64,000 nt of DNA from Emiliania huxleyi CCMP1516 (Eukaryota): the NCBI RefSeq assembly GCF_000372725.1, contig NW_005201613.1, forward strand, positions 92,290 to 156,289. The letters run 5' to 3'. The notes beneath the pieces were generated by a model. It was not told the origin of the DNA. It saw only the letters and a list, made by a program, of their open reading frames with translations, and made no database searches. The position numbers and the translations under genes are program-made. Shown in pieces: positions 55,960-64,000 of the stretch. Each line of letters begins with the position of its first letter. Position 1 is the first letter of the stretch.

Positions 55960-56595
55960 AGTGACTGAGAGAGAGTGGGACTCTCAGAGTGCGGCGGGGG
56001 GCCGGGGGGTGGGGGCGGGGATGGGCGCGCCCGCAGCTGTGCACCTGGGCGACGTCACCTGCTCGAACCTGCGGGAGCGGCCTGCGCGCGCACGCCGGCG
56101 CCACGCGGCACGCCGCACCGGCCTCCGGCCACTCCAACGTACGCACGCCGCGGTGCGCGCGCAGGCGCGCGGTAATACTTTTTTGGTATCTCAGACAGAT
56201 CACGGTGTGAATAAAAACCCGAAGAGAAACCGCACACAGCCTCAGCCACAGCGCCGTGCAGCGTGCCAGTTTATATATGCTTATTATCGTATGGGCTTTG
56301 GGCCGCGGGCGCACGTGGAGATTTCACGAATTCACCGCACACAGATCATGGACGGCGGTATATATTTTACTTATTAAGCGCGAGACTCGGGAGGGGGAGC
56401 GCAGGGTGCGCCGTGGCGATGGCGTGGAACACGCGTGTAGTACGGCTCTACTACAGGCGTCACGCGTGGACCAGAGTCTCTGCGCAAGCCCATAGCCCCC
56501 GAGGGGGTCGCCGTCCCGCCGTCCCGCCGCGCCACCCGAGCGCCGCGCTCGCCGCCGCCCGCTGCGAGCCCGCCGCCGCGCGGCAAGGCGCCGGA

Positions 56596-58008
56596 CTAGA
56601 AGCCGCCGGAGCCGAGGAGCACCCCGGGAGAGGAGCCGTCGCCAACCTCCCCGTACGGCGCGACTGCAATCTCGAAAAGGCCGTCCTCGAGGAACTTTTT
56701 GGAGTTGCATCGGATTTTCCACCCGGCGCCGGGCGTGTTGATGACGGCATGGTACGGCTGCGTCGAGCCGCCGCAGCGGAGGTTGAGGTGCTGCTTCTGG
56801 TTGTTAGGCCCCTGCAGGATCTCGATGTTAGTCTTGAAGGACTTCTTGCCCGCATCCTTGGACCAGACCATGATCTGTGTCTTGTCCCAGGTGGGGTCGA
56901 TGTCGAAGTCGCGGATCGCGCCGCCCGAGGAGCCCTTGCCGTAGTTCATCCCGCCCTGCACGCGGTCCTTCATCGGCGCCGTGTAAAACATGTTTTCGGT
57001 GATCTGGCCGATGGTCTTGGACTCGTCGGGCGAGGGCACGAAGACGCCGCACTCGAGAGGGAACTCGTAGGCGCCGTTGGTCGAGACCTTGAGCACGGGG
57101 CTCAGCTTCTTGAACTGCAGCGTCGCCTGCAGGAGAGGGGTGGGGAGGGGAGGGGTTGAGGCTGGGGCCTGGGGTCGTTGGGACGCGGAGAGGAGGGGGG
57201 GGGAGCGGCGACGCGAGGAGGGGCGAGAGACCGGCCAGAGACGGCGTGCGGCGAGGGCCGCCCGAGCAGGCGCCGAGTGCGAGGGACGGGGACCGGGATG
57301 GCGCGGGAGGGAGGTGCTGGCGCGTGAGCTCGGCTGCGTCTCGGCCGCCTCTCGGCCGCCTCTCTCGGCCGCATCTCGGCGGCGTCTCGCCTTGATGGGG
57401 AAGGCGAGCCCGTCCATGCAATCGTAGATGAACTCGTGCACGCACCTGCGGGCGTGGGCGTGGAGGGGACATGCCACTCGCTAGGTGCCGTGCGGTGCGC
57501 CTCCGCAGATGGCGATAGTGCACGAGGCGAAAAAAAAATGAGCCGCCGCTGCCGCCGCCGCGCGCTGCTGCCGCGGCGGCCGTGGGGTGGGGAACCGCTC
57601 GCCGGTTGGGTCCGATCCACAGCTCCACCTTGGCCTTGATCGGCCGACCGTTGGGAGACTTGAGCATGTACTGCACGCGCTCCGCGTGCGCCTACCACAG
57701 GCAACCTCCCGAGGTCCCGAGGTGTGGAGCAGCACAAGCCTTGCGCCGTTTGCGGCCAGAGCTCGCGCCGGCATCTTAAAGGTCTTGAGCGTCTTGCCGC
57801 CCTCGATGCGGATGTCGGCCACCTTGTCGGGGGACCATAGCACCGGCTGGGCGGCGGAAGCAGCCTCCTCGATGGTCTGCATGAGTGGCCGGCTGCCGCT
57901 GCGCTGCCCCGCCGCAGCTCCAGCGCTGCGCGCCGCCGGCGCTGATACCAAGAGGGCTCCGGCCGGGAGGAGAAGGGCGAGGCTGAGCAGCGGAGCGAGC
58001 GAGCTCAT
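56596..58008 (-). CDS. Conserved algal protein of unknown function with duplicated [IV][EQ]GG..E[LI][WL]xGPN domain, signal plus transit peptide (multi-exon)
   Basis: IEGGKTLKTF..GRPIKAKVELWIGPNR and VQGG..AIRDF..IEILQGPNNQKQ..PYHAVINTPG. Resembles a family I recall from diatoms/haptophytes; not verified by search. Confidence 0.75.
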
Positions 58009-58158
58009 GCGAACGCGAAAAGCGAAGGGTAAGCGGGCGGAGGCTAGGGCAGCTGATCGCTCGCTGAGCTTTGAGCTCGGCAGAGAGACTTGCGTGTCGA
58101 TTTTCTTTTTGAACACCTGCATTGCCCCGAACGGCTACACAGACGCCGCAAATCGTGC

Positions 58159-59545
58159 TCACAGCAGCACGTCGAGCATGTCGTCGTCCTCGAGGTCGAA
58201 CTTCTTCGCCATCTCCCCCACGGTCGCCGCCAGGTCGAGCTTCTCGCCGTCGAACGAGAGGCCCAGCTTGCCTGCGCCGGCCGCTTGGGGTGGGTGGTGG
58301 TGGTGGTGGTGGTGGTGGTGGTGTGTGTGTGGGGGGGGGGGGGGCTCGGCTCGTCTCTCACCCTTCGCGGGCACGACGCCGGCCGGCTGCTTCGCCTTCC
58401 ACTGCTCGGTCAGCTGGCGGAGCGGCGTGGAGAGCGGCACGGCGAGGGACGCCTGGCCGGCAGAGGTGAAGGGCAGAGTCGCGGAGCGAGGGCGCAGCCC
58501 GGCGCTCAATCTCGGCGGCATCTCGGCTGCATCGCTGCTACATCTCGGCGGCATCTCGCGCCTCGACGGAGCCCTTCGCGGCGGCGGCGAGCTTCAAGCG
58601 CAGCCTTGGCTCCGGGGCGGCCGCAACCTCGATGGCGAGCAGGGTGTCGTCGTCGCTCAGGCCGGCCTGCCGCGGCGTCCACTGCGAGTTGAGCGCCCGC
58701 CCGCCGCTCGCCTCGAGCGAGGTGCGCTCCGGGCGCAGGCCCAGCCTGCGCAGCCGGGGAAGGCAAGAGGTGAGAGGGCGGTCCGGGGCAGTGCTCGACG
58801 GCGCCGCCAGCGACGCGGCCGAGGGTCCCAGGCTGTGTGGGCCGTACAGCCAAGCGGCGGCGTGTGTGCCAGCGGCGTGTGCCGCCTTTCGCCGGGGTCC
58901 GAGCGTGCGCATCTAGGGGCAGCCGCGCCGCTTTGCGATCTCGGGCAGCGCGACAGAGAGCGGCTCGTCTCGCACGAGGGAGAGGCGCCGCCCGCCCTCG
59001 TCCTCGACGCCCTCCGCAACCACCCTCAGCCAGATCATCCGCGAGAGGCTCGCCCCGCCCCCCTCCCTCCCGCCCTCCCTCACGCCGCCGCCGCCGCCGC
59101 TGGGCGTTCCGCTCGAGGAGGGTCCGCCGAGGTCGTCGTCGTCGTCGTCCGAGGCGCGCGTCAGCTCCGCCTGCATGCGCGTCAGCTCCTCCTGCTGCTG
59201 CCGTCGCCGCTCCAGCAGCGCCGCGTCGGCGGCGTCGAGCGGCTCCGCGTGCTCCGCGGCGGCCTCGTCGGCCGCGCCGGGACTGCCCGCGGCGCTGCCG
59301 GCGGCGACGGCGCTCGGGCCGCCGGATGCCGACTCGCGCGCGCGCCGCTTCGCCGTGGCCGCCGCCTCCGCCCGCTGCGCTCGCTGCTCATCCGCCTTTT
59401 TGCGCTGCTCCTCGAGAAGCCGCTTGCGCTGCGATCCCGAGTAGAGGTACGCCTGGCAGTTGCCATCGTCCGAGTCGTCCGATACGTCGTCGACCGAGAT
59501 CTTCTTGCGCTCGCGGATCACGCCAGGCAGGTCCTCGTCGTCCAT
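58159..59545 (-). CDS. RENi-family (Rad60/Esc2/NIP45-like) protein with two SUMO-like domains (multi-exon)
   Basis: Acidic N-terminus; SLD1 ends TPRQAGLSDDDTL; SLD2 PLRQLTEQWKAK..LSFDGEKL..LEDDDMLDVLL with no C-terminal GG. Confidence 0.75.
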
Positions 59546-59638
59546 GGAGAAGGCCTGGGCCGGACAGTGGACAGGGGGAATTCTTTTTGTTTTCGCTGGC
59601 ATCTCTTTCGGCCCGACCGTAGTAGAGGCGCTCGTGCG

Positions 59639-61639
59639 ATGTCATCCTGGTCGACCTTAGCGCCCGATCATCCCGCGGTGGAAAGGAACGCAACTCTTCA
59701 CGCGCCTCTGCTCGCTCTCGCTAGTATCATCGACACCGGCGGCGGCCGTGCGGCGGTCGCTCGCACTCACGCCGCGCTCCAACTCTCGGCGCAAGGCGGC
59801 ACACGCGCAGAGCTCAAACAGTCGGTGTGGAAATTCTCCCTCGCGCCGGGCGAGTGCGTGGTCAACGGCACCTCACGTCGCGCCGCCGTCACACCGCTGC
59901 TCGTCTCGCGCATCCTCTTTGCACTCGGTGCGCGAGGAGGCCACGCCGGCACCACCAACGAACTGACTGCCCTCGCCACTAACGGCGCCCCGCTGTGGCG
60001 TTGGGCGCCGCCTGCCGAGCCCGGCGAAAATGCGAGCTGTCCGCTGCTGCTCGCTGGGGAGGCGGGAGGAGACTCGGTTTACATCGCTACCGTGCCGAGC
60101 GATGCCGCCTCCGCCTCCGCCGCCTCCACCGCCTCGCTCTGGCGGCTGGGGGCCGCGTCGGGTGCCCTCGCCTGGAACGCGCCCCTCTGCAGCGCCGCCG
60201 CGTGCGTCCCGCTCGCCCTTGTGCCGTGGCCGGGCGGTGGCGCCGCTTCCCTCTCCCTGCTCGACGCGTCTCGCCTCGTCGCGAGTCGGTTCGCCGCGAA
60301 CGGCTCGCGCCTCTGGGAGGAGGAGCTCCCTGTGCAGCGGCCTCGCGCACTCGCACTCACCCTCGATGCCGACGCCGCCGATGCCGACGCCGATGCCGAC
60401 GCCGATGGCGCCGCCGCCGCCGGTGGCGGTGGCGGTGGCGGTGGCGGTGGCGATTCGATGCTCGCAGCCTCGCCGTCGCTGCTCGTCGCAGCGCCGCCGC
60501 CGTTAGCGGGAGGGGCGGCGGGCGGAGGGGCGGAGCGCCTCGTCGTCGTCTCGTCCGCCCGGCGGAGCGCGGGAGCCAACAGCAGCCGCCAGAGCCTCTG
60601 GTCGCTCTCGGGAGCCTCCGGCGCCGTCGAGGCGCAACACGGGCTCGGATCGATGTTTGGAGGCGCCGCCCCTCTCCAAGGCTGTTTGCCGCCGCTCGGC
60701 ACTCCCACGGCGATGCTCGCGCTCGTATGCGGGACACGGCCGACCGGCGCGCGGCTCCTCCTCTTCACGTGGGACGGGAGGGGGCGCCTCCTCCCTCCTC
60801 CCCGCCCCGCGCGCTTCGGCCCGCCCGCAGCGCTGTTGCTGCCGCAGACGCCCGTCATCGACGCGGCGGGCACCGTCCTCGCTCTGATGCTGGCGGAGGG
60901 CGGCGGCCGCGGGCCGAGAGGCGGCGAACCTGGCGACGAGGCGCCTGTCGATCCGCGACCCGGTCGCCCGCCATCCGCCACCAACGCGACGCTGCTCTGC
61001 TCGCTCCGGCTGCCGGCGGGGCAGCGAGGCGGCGCAATTCCTCTGGGGAACGTCTCCGCCCCACGCCCCTCCTTCCCACCGTTGCCGCTGCCGGCGAGCC
61101 TCGCGCGCCCGGCCGACCCGCGCGGCGCGTCTGTGGCTCTCACCGCCGACGGCGCCATCCTCGTCGGTGGCGGCGCGCTGCTGGTGTCCGTCGGTGAGGC
61201 CGACGCGTGCAGCGGGGTGGTCTGCGACCCGCAGCACGGGGTGTGCGTCGTCGGCTCAGGCGGGCGGCCGCAGTGCTTCTGCGAGGCGAACTACGTGGGT
61301 GCGGGCGGCGGCAGCTTGCCTTGCTCCGTCCTGTACGCCCCCGGCTCCTACTCTGTGCCTCTCTGGATCTCTTACGGCGTCGCCGCCGCGCTCCTCGTCC
61401 TCGTCTTCGCCTCGGTGATCGCCGTGTACCGCTCCCTCCTCTGGCTGCGGCTGCGCGTCAAGCTGGCGCCCGTCTACGAGTCGCTCATGTACCGCACCAC
61501 GCTCGAGCGGCACGCGGGCCGCGAGCCGCCGGCCGGCGTGCCGCCCGCGCCGCAGGGAGGCGAGCGTTCCGCCCCCGCGTGCGCCTCGACCGCCTACGCG
61601 CCGCCCGATGCAGGGAGTTTCGCGGAAGGGCCGCGCTGA
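59639..61639 (+). CDS. PQQ-like beta-propeller + EGF + TM membrane protein
   Basis: Repeats ALATNGAPLWRW, LGAASGALAWN, FAANGSRLWE, LSGASGAVE; EGF CSGVVCDPQHGVC..CFCEANYVG..C; TM YGVAAALLVLVFASVIAVY. Confidence 0.7.
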   Translation: MSSWSTLAPDHPAVERNATLHAPLLALASIIDTGGGRAAVARTHAALQLSAQGGTRAELKQSVWKFSLAPGECVVNGTSRRAAVTPLLVSRILFALGARGGHAGTTNELTALATNGAPLWRWAPPAEPGENASCPLLLAGEAGGDSVYIATVPSDAASASAASTASLWRLGAASGALAWNAPLCSAAACVPLALVPWPGGGAASLSLLDASRLVASRFAANGSRLWEEELPVQRPRALALTLDADAADADADADADGAAAAGGGGGGGGGGDSMLAASPSLLVAAPPPLAGGAAGGGAERLVVVSSARRSAGANSSRQSLWSLSGASGAVEAQHGLGSMFGGAAPLQGCLPPLGTPTAMLALVCGTRPTGARLLLFTWDGRGRLLPPPRPARFGPPAALLLPQTPVIDAAGTVLALMLAEGGGRGPRGGEPGDEAPVDPRPGRPPSATNATLLCSLRLPAGQRGGAIPLGNVSAPRPSFPPLPLPASLARPADPRGASVALTADGAILVGGGALLVSVGEADACSGVVCDPQHGVCVVGSGGRPQCFCEANYVGAGGGSLPCSVLYAPGSYSVPLWISYGVAAALLVLVFASVIAVYRSLLWLRLRVKLAPVYESLMYRTTLERHAGREPPAGVPPAPQGGERSAPACASTAYAPPDAGSFAEGPR

Positions 61640-62147
61640 GAGGATCTCCTTCCGTGTTATAGTAAGAGAGAGACTGGTGTCTCAGAGTACGGCTCGCTAC
61701 AGCCGTACTCTCCCGTCCGTCAGAGCGGTCACACAGGACACACACAAGCGCTGTGCAATAACCCCAATAGGCAATAGAAGAACATTTGAGACATGAGATG
61801 AGAGAGAGCAGAGGGTCCGGAGCGACGGGGGAGATACACCGCAAGCGTCATCCGTCAAGCCGATGTAGAGACCCGTCAACACCCCGACGACCACGGGACC
61901 AAGTGCGTGGTCGGGACCCGTCCCGCACGATATGCCGCTCCGCTCGTGCGTCGTGGTCTCGACATGCGTCACATCATGCCACAGCCACACGTGTATGGCT
62001 GTGTGTGACAGCCGTGATGATCTAGTGTCTGGTGGCTCTCTACGGAGCGTTTACACAATAGCTCGGCACCCTGACCGTGGCTGTGTGTGATGATCTAGTG
62101 CTTGATGATCTCTCGCCCCCCCGCCCCCGCTGCATCGGCCCCGTTGA

Positions 62148-64000
62148 TCAACGCAAGACGCGTGCGTGCTCGGGCCATGCGAGCGCCGCGGCCACCTCCC
62201 CTGCCGGCGGCGGCTTGAGGCGCGCGCCAACCTCTGCGGCCGGCTCCCCGCTGGACGGGTCGAGCGACGCGTCCACCCCGCGGGGGGACGAGTAGCGGTG
62301 GATCTGTGGCTCGCCCGTGCGCCATGAGTCGAAGGCGGCGACGTCGTCGGCATCCTCGGTGTCGCTCAGCTCGTCGAGCGCGTCGAATCTCCCGCAAGCC
62401 TGCAGCCGCAGCGTGCGGACGGGGCAGGTCAAAGCCACTGCGGCACGGGCACACAATCTATCGGCTCCATCTCGACTCCCTCTCGGCTCCCTCTCAACCT
62501 GCAGCTTTGGAACGCCACGCAGCTGTGCCAAGCGGTCGCAAGCGAGGCGCTCTACGAGGCGGCGCTGTTGCGCTCGTTGAAGGAGCGGCTTGACGTTGCG
62601 GCGGCACCCTCCACTCTGAGCTGGAGGAGCCGATGACGTGAGCGCCTCCCTGCTCTCTCCCCTCCGCCTGGCGGCGGGCGCCGCGGTCCCGTCAGACGCC
62701 TCCTCCTCCTCATCCGCCGCCGCCGCCGCCGCCGCCTCCCCCGCCAGAGGCACGGCGCCAAACTTGATCAGCAACGCGCGCAATTCCGCGTAGCTCACCA
62801 GGGAGTCGCCGTTCGCGTCGGCCACCGCCATCATCGGCTCCTCTAGCTCGGGCGGCAGGCCGAGCAGCCGCAGCACCGCGCCAAACTCACACCGGTCGAT
62901 CGCGCCGCTGCCGTCCGCGTCGCAGGCGGCAAACGCGTCGCGCGCCGCCGCCTCGGCCCGCTGCCAACCTTCCTGCGCCGTCCGGTTGTTGAAGGACCGG
63001 CCCGCCGCCTCGGCCCGCTGTCGCGAGAGCGCGTCCGGGTGCCTCTTTCGCTCCTCGGACTCCTCGTCGAGCTCGTCGAGCCACTCGCGGAGCCTCCCCT
63101 CCGAGGATCGAGAGCAGTTGGAGCAGTTGGACCCCTCGCGGAGCCCCCCCTCCAACTGCCCCCCGCTCCCCCCCTCCAACTGCCCCCCGCTCTCCCCCTC
63201 CTGCTTCTCCCGCTCCGCCTCCTCCGCCTCGATCAGGCGCAAGTGTCCGCTTCCGCGGCTGCTGCGGACGCTGCCGCTGCTCCGGAAGCTGGAGCGGTAT
63301 ACGGGATCGTTCGACTCGTCCGCGCTGTCCGCGCGCGCGCCGTCGCCGGGGTGCCCAAAGGTCTGCTCCTTCTCTCCCGCCGCAGCCGCGGCGACGGCGG
63401 CGCCGAGCGGCGACGCGCCGCTCTCCGCTGCGGCGAGGACCGCTCCCACGCGCCGCTGCTCTGCCGGGCAGACGGCGGCGAGCCACTCGTGTGCGAGCCG
63501 GCAGACGCCGCAGAGGTCGGGCCGACGGTCGGGGTCGATGACGAGCATGCCGTCGAGGAGCTTGACGAGCAGCGGTGCCGCCGGCGAGCTCAGGCAGGGT
63601 GAGAGCTCCTCCTCCGTCGCCGGCCCGACCATGCCGGGGAAGGTGGCGGCCAGCTCGTCCGAGAGCGGCGTCGAGAGGAGGAGCCACGTCGCGCTAAAGC
63701 CGAGGTGCGCCGCGCGGCCCTGTGCATTGTAGACGCGGCGGTAGCGACCCGACTGCTCGTGCACGTTTGCGAGCGCCCACGGGTGGAAGCCGGCCGCGGC
63801 CGCGAAGAGCGAGATGCCGAGCGACCAGACGTCGGACTTGAAGGTGTTGTACGCGCGGGCGTGGGGCACGGCGCGCTTGCAGATCTCGGGCGCGATGTAG
63901 GGCAGCGTGCCCGCGGCCCGCGTGCTCTCGCGCTGCATCAGGCTCAGCCCAAAGTCGATGAGCGTCGCCGAGTGCGCGCGGTCGACGAGGATGTTTGCGG
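62148..64000 (-). CDS. Ser/Thr protein kinase with two EF-hands (5' end outside the window)
   Basis: ANILV..IDFG..GTLPYIAPE..SDVWSLG; EF-hands DADGSGAIDRCEF and DANGDSLVSYAEL. Probable in-frame intron 62400-62498; 3' end approximate. Confidence 0.9.
   Translation of the reverse strand, partial: ANILVDRAHSATLIDFGLSLMQRESTRAAGTLPYIAPEICKRAVPHARAYNTFKSDVWSLGISLFAAAAGFHPWALANVHEQSGRYRRVYNAQGRAAHLGFSATWLLLSTPLSDELAATFPGMVGPATEEELSPCLSSPAAPLLVKLLDGMLVIDPDRRPDLCGVCRLAHEWLAAVCPAEQRRVGAVLAAAESGASPLGAAVAAAAAGEKEQTFGHPGDGARADSADESNDPVYRSSFRSSGSVRSSRGSGHLRLIEAEEAEREKQEGESGGQLEGGSGGQLEGGLREGSNCSNCSRSSEGRLREWLDELDEESEERKRHPDALSRQRAEAAGRSFNNRTAQEGWQRAEAAARDAFAACDADGSGAIDRCEFGAVLRLLGLPPELEEPMMAVADANGDSLVSYAELRALLIKFGAVPLAGEAAAAAAADEEEEASDGTAAPAARRRGESREALTSSAPPAQSGGCRRNVKPLLQRAQQRRLVERLACDRLAQLRGVPKLQVEREPRGSRDGADRLCARAAVALTCPVRTLRLQACGRFDALDELSDTEDADDVAAFDSWRTGEPQIHRYSSPRGVDASLDPSSGEPAAEVGARLKPPPAGEVAAALAWPEHARVLR

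Noticed and set aside
57338..58560. 11-bp (ATCTCGGCGGC-like) arrays as CRISPR or novel repeats
   Set aside because: No spacers. They lie in predicted introns, and 10-11-bp intronic repeats are an already described feature of E. huxleyi.
57587..61639. 1350-aa ORF as a single protein
   Set aside because: The first half is the antisense shadow of two minus-strand genes; only 59639-61639 looks coding.

Overview
Eukaryotic nuclear DNA, very GC-rich, with short spliceosomal introns (many GC-AG) and 10-11-bp intronic repeats. By inference this is a haptophyte alga such as Emiliania/Gephyrocapsa huxleyi. The dominant feature is an 11.4-kb Ty1/copia cluster (3348-14766). It holds an intact, very young element (5490-11578; identical 285-bp LTRs, PBS, PPT, 5-bp TSD CGGGA) inserted into an internally deleted, scrambled copy of its own family. 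The polyprotein is atypical: a ~290-aa insert with two hydrophobic helices between Gag and protease, a DSKA protease motif, and no recognisable integrase HHCC finger. The rest is gene-dense: an unorthodox aquaporin, MscS channel, clan-A glycoside hydrolase with EGF+TM, a CCCH-repeat/AT-hook protein, GST-C, PDZ protein, PH-pseudokinase-RhoGAP-like protein, degenerate SDR, NRT2 nitrate transporter, AspH-like hydroxylase, YchJ, a tandem SUMO-like-domain (RENi) protein, a propeller-EGF-TM protein and an EF-hand kinase. Non-coding structure includes two MITEs with 8-bp TSDs, a 690-bp inverted repeat, a 373-bp tandem duplication, and several introns whose two junctions are direct repeats. Gene models and family calls are by eye, without database searches.
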